From: Tetramitus jugosus | Lineage: Eukaryota > Protista > Heterolobosea | Assembly: GCA_937625935.1 (NCBI GenBank) | Contig: OW569362.1 | Location: forward strand, 62,001 to 126,000 | Reading direction: 5' to 3' | DNA: 64,000 bases | In this document: positions 41,594 through 52,605 of the stretch, piece by piece | Layout: every line of letters starts with the position of its first letter | Position numbering within the stretch: position 1 is the stretch's first letter | The notes under the pieces: model-generated | Seen by the model: only the letters and a program-made list of their open reading frames with translations | Told to the model about the DNA's origin: nothing | Databases searched by the model: none | Position numbers and translations under genes: made by a program

Positions 41594-43398
41594 ATGAGAG
41601 CCAGTGTTTCCTTTCTATTCGTTGTTTTTTGTTGTCTGCTTGTTGCAGTTTCTACCATGTCTCCAAAGAGATATAGCCACAAGCAACAACAGCAGAATTC
41701 TGCTGGAGTGTCGACCTTTGTGGAGGAACGCTCATTGAACTATGTAGCAGGCCAGATTTTGCCCTTGCTCAGACAAAAGGTGTTAACTCTGCCAATTCCT
41801 GGTATTGAGATCACCGTCAGTGGACTTCTAGGACACTTGGACTTGTTTGTAACTGATGTTCAGATTACAGATTTTGGTACGTGAAGGATTTTTTGTTGTA
41901 ATTGGATGAAAATTAGCACTTGTTTGCTAACGGTTGAAATTTATCCAGTTGTAGGAGCTGTGAGTATTCAAGTAGTTCAGAACACTGGTTTACAAGTCAT
42001 TGCTGATAATGTTCAGGTTGCGATCCATGCCAATTGGAGATATCGCGAGAGAGAGTTTCCACACATATCGGACTCTGGCAACATGGACGCCCATACAACT
42101 GTTTCTTGTCGTGTTTTAGTTCATGCAGGAACAGATGGTCAACGCTTGCAGGTGGATATTGACAAGAACGTGTACTTGGCTATGAGTGACTTTGATGTCA
42201 CAATGCACGGTGGCGCCTCTTGGTTGTACAGTATGTTGTTATTATTGCTAGTGTTTTGTGATAATGTTCTCATCGACTTGGTTGTCTCTCATTGTTCGAT
42301 TAACAAACAATGAAAACAGATATTATTTTGGGATTATTCAAGGGGAGTATTCGTAATTCTATTCATGATGCATTGGTGAATGAACTGACTGGTGATCTGA
42401 ACGCTCAACTCAAGAGCCAAGTTGCAGCCATTCCATACAATGTACAGTTGGACCCGAGATGGCCGGTAAATTAGGACTTTTCTGCAATGCAAACAACATT
42501 CAACAGTTCTACACCCGCGTTACTTGCTGTTGGAGCCAAGGGAGAGTTTGTCGATACAAAGGGAGAACCATACAACGGGCCTAGTTCTCCTTATGTCCCA
42601 TATCAACAACTCACTTCGACTTCTCCAATGATTTCCATCTTCTTGACAGATTACGTACTGAATACTGCTGGATGGGCATTTTATCAATCTGGTGCGTTGC
42701 TTTATGCACTCTATGACTCCGATATTCCTCAACAAATTCCATTCCGATTGAACACAAAGAGCTTCGCTGTAATAGCACCAGGACTTGCTCTCAAGTACCC
42801 AGACACACCCATGCAGCTCGTAATCAAGGCTGTAGGTAACAATATCAATGATTCACCAAAAGCAAATATTACAACATCTGGAGCCACACTGACTGTGAGA
42901 GGAGATGCCGTGTTCAATGTAATAGTCAATGACACTGTTACTGAAGCATTTACACTCGGCGTATTTGTTGTGCTTGAGGTGTCTGTAGATGTCCAAGGAG
43001 GAAAAAATATCACAGGAAAGCTCCAATTGGACGACTTGGTACTCTCTGTAGCCAGCTCTAATGTTGGTGATATTCAAGTTCAAGCACTTAATACCTTTGT
43101 AGGAAGCATTTTGAAGTTCGTTGTTGTACCTTATGTTAACACAATTTTCGCTCAGGGTATCCCTATTCCAACAATTCCTGGACTCACCCTAGTCAACTCT
43201 GTTGTTGTATTCAGAGAAAGATTCATTGGCATTTCGTCTGACTTTACGTTCACTCCTGAACCGCAATTATGGTCCGGATATTTGCATGCTAAACAGGAGA
43301 AGCATTGTTTGCCTTGTACTGCCTGTTTGCCATGCGACGAATCTTGCTGCTATTACAGAACAAAGAGGGGAGACATTTCCAAGAGAAGCAGCAAGTAA
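41594..43398 (+). CDS. BPI/LBP/CETP-family lipid-binding protein, 3 exons (introns 41877-41948 and 42231-42319), with an in-frame TAG at 42472-42474
   Basis: Signal peptide, MHGGASWLYN, KGEFV, MISIFLTDYVLNTA, LNTKSF..IAPGLALKYP and VPYVN..FAQGIPIP motifs; exon 3 contains one stop codon. Confidence 0.85.
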
Positions 43399-43687
43399 AC
43401 GTATCAACAAGAATCATCATCCACAAAACGGCGCCAACACAATCCAACCACTAAACTTTTTTGAAAAAAGCAAAAGCTAAATCTTCTTTTCAAACAACCA
43501 AAGCAACCAATTTACTGATTATTTCTTCGTAACTGCCTCACAGTTCATGGCTCGTGGGATTACGCTCTATTCCGAGTTGTGATCCATTTTCTTTCCCAAA
43601 CAACAGAAGTTAGCAATCATTTGAAACATCCCAGATTGGATTCCTAGTTGGCGTTTATTACATATTTACAAGTGAGAGGTTCTCAAC

Positions 43688-43915
43688 TCAATGAGAAGTA
43701 GTTCTCTTCTCCAGCGTGTTCTTTGAGCTAGTTCTTCCCTTCTTCTTGCTCATCACACCAGATAGAGCTGCTCTTGACAAAGCAGTTTCATTGTAGTTAA
43801 TGTTTCTTCGTGTTCTTGTTCCCTTTGCGATGATATTCTTTGGTGAGAGGGTGCTTGGTTCCTTGAGGGAGCACTTCTTGATAATGTTTCTTCTTGAGGT
43901 ATTTGAGCTGGCCAT
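43688..43915 (-). CDS. Small basic protein (75 aa) with NII..GTRTRRNINY motif
   Basis: ATG after a CAA-rich leader; K/R-rich; the motif resembles the basic half of the Chz1/CHZ motif. Confidence 0.6.
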   Translation of the reverse strand: MASSNTSRRNIIKKCSLKEPSTLSPKNIIAKGTRTRRNINYNETALSRAALSGVMSKKKGRTSSKNTLEKRTTSH

Positions 43916-44313
43916 TGTGATATTATTGTATTTTGTGAGATTGAGTTGGTTCTTGTTGTTAACTTGTTGTTACTTCTGGAAACTGGTTGTTTTTTCTTGT
44001 TGCAAACAGACCTAATAAATATCGCATTTTTTCACTTCCAGATAATTTTTTCATTTCCATTCTTTTGTAGATCAAGGAACTTTCACAGAGGAACTTTTTT
44101 TGCAGACTGGGCTCTTGTCTCTTCTAGTATGTTGGGACTGTTGAAGGAGTAGATTCATTTATGGGCGAAAACTCCGAAAAGGAATCGGACAATGACTATC
44201 AATACAATGATACAAAATCAAAGGAGTTTGATTGTTGTATAAAATGTGACAATCAAGTGCCCGGGAATGCAACACAATCAAAAACACAACAAGAACACAA
44301 CAAATAATTGAGA

Positions 44314-44892
44314 ATGAAAACCAACTTCCTTGTATTAATTGTAATTGTAATTGCTTTCTTTGGATACACGACTGGCTCTGTCCAAACTCTGTACTGCGGA
44401 AAGTACCAATGTCCAGCAAGTAACTTGTGCTGCAGATACAATGTGATAGGAAGTCGACAACAGTGTTACAACCCTTCCACCCATTCGTGCTATTCTGACA
44501 AGTACAAGCCAAAACAGAACTGTCTCTGTGCAAAGTATGATAAATGTTGCAATGGGGTGTGTTACGACACTGCCAAATTCTTTTGTGACTTGAAAACAGG
44601 TACCATCAAGAAACGACTCTATTCGACAAAGGTTTCTCGAAAAACTACATACACCAACCCAAATCAGTGCGGAACATTCCAATGTGCCTCTTCTGATTCA
44701 TGCTGCCACAACAACATTATTGGTGCGTATAGGGATGTCTGTTACTCTACCGCTACTCACGGTTGCAACGCTGATCTATACAATCCATCGTACAATTGTC
44801 TCTGTGGAATCCGTGATGCTTGTTGCAACGGCGTTTGCTTCGACAAGTATCTCTACAAGTGCAGTTATGGGAAAGTGGTTCAATTGAAGTAA
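44314..44892 (+). CDS. Secreted Cys-rich protein with two ~70-aa repeats
   Basis: Signal peptide and duplicated CG.YQC...CC..N.IG...CY...TH.C..D.Y.P..NCLC...D.CCNGVCYD...C units. Confidence 0.88.
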   Translation: MKTNFLVLIVIVIAFFGYTTGSVQTLYCGKYQCPASNLCCRYNVIGSRQQCYNPSTHSCYSDKYKPKQNCLCAKYDKCCNGVCYDTAKFFCDLKTGTIKKRLYSTKVSRKTTYTNPNQCGTFQCASSDSCCHNNIIGAYRDVCYSTATHGCNADLYNPSYNCLCGIRDACCNGVCFDKYLYKCSYGKVVQLK

Positions 44893-45603
44893 CTTCTCTT
44901 ATAAATCAAAATTTTATTCCAAATCTATCTAGCTTGCGTATCGGCTGACAAATTCAACCAAACATTCTTGAGTATCATAAAACTCAATGATTATTGACCA
45001 TGATTCGTTTCAAAGCACAGAATGCTCCTTGATTATCGTCGGAAAACATGAAGTTCTTTCTTGGAACCTGTGCAGAAGTGAACTCTTCTAGCACAAACAA
45101 TTACTTCTTGGGTTTCAGTAATACTCAGAGCAACATTGGGAGTGGGAGGACATCCAGCAACTTAACATCAAGTTGAACGACTCCTTCCAACCTGGCGAAG
45201 TCTGCCGTTGCCCTGGTCAGGTTGAGCGGGTGTGAGATTCTGGTGGTTCCACCATTGTATGAACGTAGACACTAGACTCAATGTGGTACTGTTTTTGGCG
45301 CCGGAGGCAGACTAAAATGGAAGACCAAGAGTAGATATGTGGTTCAACAATCAACGATGGCTCAACGGCACATTGCTAGTCAATAAGCGAAGGAAAACAA
45401 GCAAGGAATACATGCTTGGGATGTTGGGTATTGAAACAAGGGCGCTGAAACAAGTGGTCAAAGGACTGAGTAAGAGTGGGATAGAGAAGAAGGCAAGGGA
45501 GAAGGCCCAGCAATTTGTAGATCAACAAGACAGTTACACAATAAAAAAAACTCTGAATAGTGCAGTGTGTCATCATGTAATGATTGATACTCGTTAAGAT
45601 ACT

Positions 45604-48429
45604 TTACCAATCATCATATGCATCTACTGTTTCAACATAAATATTGTCCGAGTCAAAACCAGTGTCATTGTTGAAATCCTCATCATCATTATCAAATGAA
45701 AAGTTATGATCGCTATCGACAACCACCTCATTCTGAATCCGTTCGTCATGAGTTTCTACTATCCTACTTGGTTCTATCGTTGATTCTATGACTGGTTGAG
45801 TATGCCCTTGTGCGTTATCATTCGTTGGTTCGGAATACACAATAGTGTTTTCTATCACCTCTTCCTCCATTAACCTTTCATCTTCTTTTTTCATGTCAAT
45901 GACAAGAATCTCTTGTCCTTTGTTTGGCACCTCTTCGTCAGACTGGGGTTCGTGATTTTCTATCCATTGTCGTCCCATCGTTTCTCCATCTAGAGATTTC
46001 TCTTGGTGTAGCTTATTGTTTGTTTTTTGGTTCTCTTTCTCCTCTGTTGCTAGGTCTTCATTCTGATTCCCTGCTGGAGGTACATGGTCATACTCGTCCG
46101 GAAGCCCTTTTCCTCGTGATACATCAGCATCTATATCTTTTCTCTCTGTTGGATTGCATGGTAGTTGAATATCATTCTTCAATTCGGATATCAGTTCCGG
46201 TCTAAATTCCTCAGCGTGAGGTTGATCATTTGGTTTGATCTGAGTATCTACTTGATCTCTTTGCTTATGAACAGGCTTTGGTTCAGAGTAGTATTGGTTA
46301 TCATCTTTAGATCTCATGGTTCCAACATCCATAATGTTTTGTTCATCGAGAACTCTCCTTCTGGAAGGTATTTCGGGGGAGGAAAAAGTACTCAAAGAAT
46401 CAAAATCCTCCCTCTTCCACGAATAAGGAACTGAGCAATAGAAATTTGAGGAATAGTCTCGATGATAATTATTCGATCTTGTTAGATGGTTGTTGTCGTG
46501 TAACGATCCATTCAAAGCTGCATCTAGCGCACTTTGTGTCTCTCCGAGCATATGTCTTAAGTTTTCAATCTCCAATATCATGTCTTTCTGTTTTAAGTTA
46601 CTTTCTTCAAGTTCTTGTTCGATTTGTTCATAATCTAGAATTTCGAGATCTTCCACTCGTTTCTCGTTCTGTAGTTGGTAAGCAAACTTCCTAAAATTTT
46701 CTTTTTCAGTTCTCATCTTATTAATAAAGCTCTCCTCTAAGGAAGATATCTCTTCTCGATGAAATTCTTTCAATTGCTCAATATGTTTAGTGGCTTCATC
46801 CAGACCTTTTGACAACTTCCTGTTTTCTTCGGTAAGATCGGTCACCTTTCTCTCAAGAATCTGATTTATATCAGTCTTATGTACAGGAACATGTGTGAGC
46901 TCGAGACGATTAAGATTTTCTCTGAGCTTCTGAACTTGTTGACATAGAGTCTCAGAATGAGTTTCAAGAAATCTGTTTCTCGTTCTTGTTTCCTCTAATT
47001 GAGTCTTAACTGCATTGAGGGCTTGTTGAGTTTCCTTAAGAGTTTCTCGAGCACAGGCATCCCCTTTGATGGTTTCTATTTTCTTTTTTTCTCTCTCCAA
47101 CTCCTCGCTCTTTTGACGAAGTTCTTCATTTCTCTCAGAGTACTGTTTCTCCAATCTCTCCTTCTGGATGTTGAGTTCTTCTCGCATCTCATATGTTAGT
47201 TGAGACATTCTGGTTTCTCTATCTTTTGTTTGCTGTTCCATCAGTTTCTGGATAATTCTTTTCTTTTCTTCAACTTCTAGAATTTCTTTTTGTAACATTG
47301 CCCTATCGACTTGTACCTTCTCAACTTCTCTGAACATACTTTGTCGATGTTCGTACAATTCTTTGTCAAAATTTTTCGCTTTGAGCTCCAAGTTGTCCAT
47401 TATTTGTCTCTCTCGTAAAGATAATCTCTCCATCTTTCGCAAATAAGACTTTTCTAGGTCGTCTCTTATCTGGGATACTTTCTCCCTGTATTTAGCACTC
47501 TCTTGTAATCTCATTGTACTTACAACCGTGTCTTCAAACATTTTAACTTTAGAAGCAATTTCTTCTCGGGCTCTCTTTTCACATTCTGACTGATACTCAA
47601 TGAATCGTTGTTCGAGAGATAGCACCGAGTTTTTCTTAAACTGCTCGAGTTCGAATAGGAAATTCTCATCCAGTTTTTGGAGTTCATTATCAATGCTGGA
47701 TGCACTTTTTTCAGTCTGCACTTCAATCGAGTGAGTTGGTTGAGAAATTATCGATTGAAATACTTTTACCATTTTGGATAACACACTCTCATCTTGAGTA
47801 TCCTTTCGATACATCTCTCCTAGCTTTCTCGATCCAAAGTTTGTGTTCTCTATTTGCAAGATGTTATCAGGATTGGCAATTGTTACACCAATCATCGACA
47901 ACAAGTCGATATCACCCATTTGAGCCGTTTCTCTCAAGTTTGCCTCCGATACAAATACAGACAACGTATAGGTACATGATGTTTTCTGTAAGTGGTGAGC
48001 GATCATTCCATTGATGGCTTGACTCCACAAGTTTCGCTTTCGAACTACATCTCCATCTTTTTCCAGCACTAAATTCGATGGTTGAGCAAAATTACCTTCT
48101 CGTTGCATCTGACTTAGTATCTGAACTCGCATTTGAGTCTTCAAGCTGTCGATCATTCCATTCTGCTTGAACCTAGCGTACATTTTATTCCTGAACTCGT
48201 TTCCTGAGAGTTCCTTTGTTTCATTACTTTTATCGACATATGAATCACCCGCACTAGCACAACTCCTTCCAGAATTTCTTCTTTGAAGACCTTGTTTTTC
48301 TCTCGGCTTCTTCTTCGGATCAGATCCGCTTGTTAAGTTAGTGTCTTCGAAGGGTGCAAACTCTTGAGATCTCACTGGATTATCAGGTAGCTCCCCAATG
48401 TTTGCTTGTCCAAAAGGTTGAAACATCAT
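45604..48429 (-). CDS. OFD1: Basal-body protein OFD1-like (LisH + coiled coil)
   Basis: FRNKMYARFKQNGMIDSLKTQMR and NGMIAHHLQKTSCTYTLSVFVSE match the OFD1 N-terminus; long coiled coil. The ATG is taken at 48429. Confidence 0.87.
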   Translation of the reverse strand: MMFQPFGQANIGELPDNPVRSQEFAPFEDTNLTSGSDPKKKPREKQGLQRRNSGRSCASAGDSYVDKSNETKELSGNEFRNKMYARFKQNGMIDSLKTQMRVQILSQMQREGNFAQPSNLVLEKDGDVVRKRNLWSQAINGMIAHHLQKTSCTYTLSVFVSEANLRETAQMGDIDLLSMIGVTIANPDNILQIENTNFGSRKLGEMYRKDTQDESVLSKMVKVFQSIISQPTHSIEVQTEKSASSIDNELQKLDENFLFELEQFKKNSVLSLEQRFIEYQSECEKRAREEIASKVKMFEDTVVSTMRLQESAKYREKVSQIRDDLEKSYLRKMERLSLRERQIMDNLELKAKNFDKELYEHRQSMFREVEKVQVDRAMLQKEILEVEEKKRIIQKLMEQQTKDRETRMSQLTYEMREELNIQKERLEKQYSERNEELRQKSEELEREKKKIETIKGDACARETLKETQQALNAVKTQLEETRTRNRFLETHSETLCQQVQKLRENLNRLELTHVPVHKTDINQILERKVTDLTEENRKLSKGLDEATKHIEQLKEFHREEISSLEESFINKMRTEKENFRKFAYQLQNEKRVEDLEILDYEQIEQELEESNLKQKDMILEIENLRHMLGETQSALDAALNGSLHDNNHLTRSNNYHRDYSSNFYCSVPYSWKREDFDSLSTFSSPEIPSRRRVLDEQNIMDVGTMRSKDDNQYYSEPKPVHKQRDQVDTQIKPNDQPHAEEFRPELISELKNDIQLPCNPTERKDIDADVSRGKGLPDEYDHVPPAGNQNEDLATEEKENQKTNNKLHQEKSLDGETMGRQWIENHEPQSDEEVPNKGQEILVIDMKKEDERLMEEEVIENTIVYSEPTNDNAQGHTQPVIESTIEPSRIVETHDERIQNEVVVDSDHNFSFDNDDEDFNNDTGFDSDNIYVETVDAYDDW

Positions 48430-48621
48430 AGTGCTTATTGCACATTCAAAACTACAGCAAGGAAAAACAAAAACGCCGCAAAACAACCTCCGAACTGGTG
48501 GTTTTTGGAGGCAAAAAAAAATACACGACGCATCTTTTTTTTTATCAAAAAAAAATAGATAAAACGACAAAAAGCTTTTGTTGGAGCACCAACAACACCT
48601 CTCACCCAACAATTAGACATC

Positions 48622-50391
48622 ATGTCCACCACAACTACCCCCACCACCACTAATGACATTGATTTACCTGAACAACTACCATCACCACTAGAAGAAGCAA
48701 AAGCTTCCTCCCCTTCTCTTCAAATCAACAACAATCATGACATGATGATATCATTTCCACCTTCTCCACCATCATCTGATGATACCTCCTCTATTCCACT
48801 CTCCTTCTTTTCAGCCTTTCCAGATGCAACAACAACAACAGTATCCACATCTGCTGTTGATGTTGATGCTGCAACTGGTGATGATCTCAATGCTACTACT
48901 GCCATTCTACCATCACTCCTCAGTATGAACACTCCACTCTCATCCAATGACAATGCTTCAATTGTTCATCCGAGTCAAATCTTGAATGATCTCTCCAGTC
49001 ATATGGTCATTCAACATGATGATGATGATCAAAACAATAATGATGCGAGTATTGAAAAGAATAATAATGATGAAAATGATGATCAAGATGAAAATCAAAA
49101 TAAGGAGAAAAAGACGAAGACACCTGTAAAGACCAAACAATCGAGAACAAGAAAAGCAGCAAAGACGAAAAGTGCTGTCATTACTAGAGCTCAAAAACAA
49201 CAAGATGTTGACTCAAGTAGTGTGAATGGTGATGATGCAGACGAAAATGGAACAAATCATCATAGACGAAGGAGCAATACCAACAAGAAGAAGAGCAATG
49301 AAGATGGTAGCAGCAGCAGCAGTAGTAGTGATAATGATGAAGAAGGAGACAATTACAATGATGAACATGATGATGATAATGATGAACACGATGATAATGA
49401 AAATGAACATGAACATGAAAATGAAGATGATGATAATGAAGAGAATCGATTGTGTGTCGTGTGTGATCAACCTCGACTCCAGTTTAACAAGGTTTGTTAC
49501 ATTGGACTGAAGAACGTCGAACAGTACAAGCAATGCTTCCCAAAGTACGGTGGTGAATTTGGTCGTGCCTGTCAGAGTTGCTACAACAAGTTTTATGTTT
49601 GGAAGAATCAACAGAAACATGGACACAAAAAGTGTACTTGCTGTTCAAGGGAATTAGGAAAACAGAGTTGTTCATTCAAGGGATACGCTGATATCTATAG
49701 AGAAATGTTTCCGGATGTGGATGGAAGTGATGACAGTAGAGTGTGCCAATCCTGTTATTCAAAGGCTCTCAAGAGGAAAAAAGATCAAAGCATGGCTGAC
49801 AAGAAGAACAAAAAGAAGAGGAGAAACAGTAGTAGTGGTAGTGACGATGGCAGTAGCACACCTAGAACAAAACAAAATCTTTCAGATACACCACCCTCAC
49901 GAAGGAGAAGAGGAAGTTCAAAGACAAAGAGTGATGGCGATACACCCACAAAGAAACAAAAGGTGCACGATCAAAAGTCTTCACAAGCAGAAACGACGAT
50001 GGATAAAGATGACACAGATCGCAAGGAAATCACACTGACAATTCTCGTTCGGCTGTACGACAGCTCACTACAGCATGAGATCAAACCACCCAATGCCACA
50101 CTTTCCAAGTCATTCCAGTGCTCCGTTGAACCGACATTGCTCTTGAAAGAAATACTTGCCGTTACTTATAATTTCTTGGGAATGGACACGGATATTCTGA
50201 AAGTGACAAATACCCAACCAATCAAAAATGTGCAACTGTCGAGTCTTCTCTTCAAAGACAAAGAAAGTGGCAAACACATATTGTGTGCAATCAATCAGAA
50301 AGATGATGCACAGTTCCAGAGATTCCCATTGCCTGACAAGAGTCAAATCAGTGTGGATGTTTATTATGAACCAGCCAAAGAGGACCATTAA
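48622..50391 (+). CDS. Putative nuclear protein with two C4 zinc-binding domains and a folded C-terminal domain
   Basis: CVVC..YKQCFPK..ACQSCY and CTCC..YREMFPD..VCQSCY; acidic tract; NLS-like basic tracts. Confidence 0.85.
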   Translation: MSTTTTPTTTNDIDLPEQLPSPLEEAKASSPSLQINNNHDMMISFPPSPPSSDDTSSIPLSFFSAFPDATTTTVSTSAVDVDAATGDDLNATTAILPSLLSMNTPLSSNDNASIVHPSQILNDLSSHMVIQHDDDDQNNNDASIEKNNNDENDDQDENQNKEKKTKTPVKTKQSRTRKAAKTKSAVITRAQKQQDVDSSSVNGDDADENGTNHHRRRSNTNKKKSNEDGSSSSSSSDNDEEGDNYNDEHDDDNDEHDDNENEHEHENEDDDNEENRLCVVCDQPRLQFNKVCYIGLKNVEQYKQCFPKYGGEFGRACQSCYNKFYVWKNQQKHGHKKCTCCSRELGKQSCSFKGYADIYREMFPDVDGSDDSRVCQSCYSKALKRKKDQSMADKKNKKKRRNSSSGSDDGSSTPRTKQNLSDTPPSRRRRGSSKTKSDGDTPTKKQKVHDQKSSQAETTMDKDDTDRKEITLTILVRLYDSSLQHEIKPPNATLSKSFQCSVEPTLLLKEILAVTYNFLGMDTDILKVTNTQPIKNVQLSSLLFKDKESGKHILCAINQKDDAQFQRFPLPDKSQISVDVYYEPAKEDH

Positions 50392-50491
50392 TAATTAATT
50401 ATTTCGATCATCATGTTCTTCTGAATACAATCAAGTACTATGTCCAGTAATAAAAATTGTCTTTTATACATGGTATGGAATACACAAACGT

Positions 50492-51562
50492 TTAGTTCTT
50501 TTGCAGATTAATGGCCTGCAACTCCTGGTTCACTTGATCACCGGTTAGTGTTGGTGTATAGACACCATCCTTGTCCAACTCCTTCCACTCTGGCTTCAAT
50601 GGTTCCAACACAACATCACTTGCAATGTGAGAGAAGAGAGTGCTGCTGACTCTCCACAGTGGTCTACCAGCTTGCTTTTGTCTCTCCAATGCCTCCACTG
50701 TGGCCTCAGTAACAATCACTTCATGATAGCCAGCAGTGACATAACCACCAGTCAACCACTCCAATTGCTTACCAGCTTGAAGCAACAAACAACCATCAGG
50801 GACCTTGACTGGCACCTTGGTTCCATTTCTCAACCAAATGTACAATCCAGGGTATCTTGACTTACCGTGAATCGTAATAAAGTTCAAGTCATAATGGAAA
50901 CCAGCAAAAACAGTGCCAACCTTGTTGTGCTCACCAATTTGACTTCCAGTAGGAGCCAACAAGTGAGGTGCCTTGTTCATTCGGGAAGTGAAAGCATCTT
51001 GATCAATGCCAGCACCAAGGGCAATCATTTCAGCCACGGTGCGAACAGCTCCGAGCATCAAAGATCCCCACTTTTCCATAATGGTCTCCCACTGTGGAAA
51101 ACCCTCAGGAATCACATTCTTGTGATTCAACACTGGAAACTTGGTCTCCGCTGGGTCTGGTCTATCTCCGACAGGCCAGAAAAATCTCCACTTTGGATCG
51201 GCGCCATCGGGCTTTCTTGGTGCGTTTTCTCCGACTAATCCCAATCTTTCAATGGCGGAGGAGTTGTCTCTTGGCACTTCGGTGAACTCTGGTGTGGAAC
51301 CGACTTGGAAGGAGGCTTCTGGTCTGGCATCACGCTTCTTGACATCAAATGGCAAATTATAGTAATCTTCCATCATGTCAATAAACTCTGCATTGTCAGA
51401 GGAGTGAACACGAGGGTCCTTGATCACCAAACAACTCGTTTCATGGAAAATTTGCAAAACTTTGGCACAAGTGTCTCTTGCTTCTTGACTGTCTGGGTTA
51501 GTCATGAAGATGGAGAGGTCAATCACTGGTAGAGTATCAATGGTTACTGGTGGAGCGGACAT
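50492..51562 (-). CDS. 2-oxoglutarate/Fe(II) dioxygenase (IPNS/DIOX-like)
   Basis: LPVIDLS, HYD (HxD), distal YHEV and RVS (RxS) motifs. Confidence 0.92.
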   Translation of the reverse strand: MSAPPVTIDTLPVIDLSIFMTNPDSQEARDTCAKVLQIFHETSCLVIKDPRVHSSDNAEFIDMMEDYYNLPFDVKKRDARPEASFQVGSTPEFTEVPRDNSSAIERLGLVGENAPRKPDGADPKWRFFWPVGDRPDPAETKFPVLNHKNVIPEGFPQWETIMEKWGSLMLGAVRTVAEMIALGAGIDQDAFTSRMNKAPHLLAPTGSQIGEHNKVGTVFAGFHYDLNFITIHGKSRYPGLYIWLRNGTKVPVKVPDGCLLLQAGKQLEWLTGGYVTAGYHEVIVTEATVEALERQKQAGRPLWRVSSTLFSHIASDVVLEPLKPEWKELDKDGVYTPTLTGDQVNQELQAINLQKN

Positions 51563-52216
51563 GATGATTTTGTTCGGTTTGTTTGTTGTTGTTTGTTTGG
51601 CTGAGTTGTGTTTTATTGGGTGGAGAAAACGGGGTCGAACGAAGAACGGTATTCTTTCGATTGTGGTCTGAACAAATGGAAGCCGGAGTTTGGGGAGTCG
51701 TGTGTTGTTTTTTTCACACGGAGAAAGAAATGGTCGTCCGCATGACTAAAAGCAGTTGAGGGCTGAGCAGATTTTGATTGAGGAATTCAAGTGTATGATA
51801 AATACATGTATGGATTTGATTGGTTGTAAGAGTATTGCAGGTATTCACTCCTTAAGGAAGATAAATCTTCAGTGAGAACTGAAAGAAATTGTACTTGTGG
51901 TTCATCCTTCAGATCTGCAATAGGCTCCTTTATAATTTCAACTATAAGGAACCACATTCGAGATTTTTCTTAACCTGTCTATTATAGTCAATCGTTTCAT
52001 GTGGAACGCGGATGCCGAACAAGCCGGCACCACTGAGCATGAAGTCACCAGTGTGTCACTAAATAAATTGGGAACAGTATCTGATTGTCATTAGTGCATT
52101 GACTGAAGTAAGCTGCCGGTGTGAACTTAAGCCAAGCTTGTGAGCTGGAAGCTCCAATTCCCCTACATTTCGTGTCAAAGAAAAAAACACCCTCAAAAAA
52201 CACACAACAAACAAAA

Positions 52217-52573
52217 ATGACGATCAACAACAATAGTAGCAGTGGTGTCCATCCTCACCATCACTATACAACACCAAGCAACCAACAATCATCATCCATG
52301 ATGTCTACTCCTCCCGTCAACTATGACATTTTCTCCTTGAATAAGCTTTTTTGTCTGAGCACAGGTGCTTATCAAGAAGCATCTTCACCAACCTCTCCCA
52401 CTTCTCCATCATCATCATCATCACTCTTGGAACCATCAGCTGCCTCCTCCTCAAATAACGTTGACAATTATCATCGCATCTCTCCTGCACCCTCCTCTTC
52501 CTCTTCTTCTCATTGGAGAAATCATAACAACAACAACAACAATAATCATTTGAATTTGCGTGGTGTGAAGCAA

Positions 52574-52605
<32 letters not shown>

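Noticed and set aside
42472-42474. Genome-wide TAG reassignment as the explanation for the BPI stop
   Set aside because: TAG ends several conserved genes at the expected position (AMMECR1, LAMTOR1, calponin, LRR-DSP), so the standard code applies.
44950-45597. Coding-like fragments and an 86-aa ORF between the Cys-rich gene and OFD1
   Set aside because: No recognisable homology or consistent frame; possibly gene debris but not supportable.
51993-52008. CGTTTCATGTGGAACG resembling a bacterial parS palindrome
   Set aside because: Single imperfect copy in clearly eukaryotic intron-containing DNA, with no ParB-related gene.
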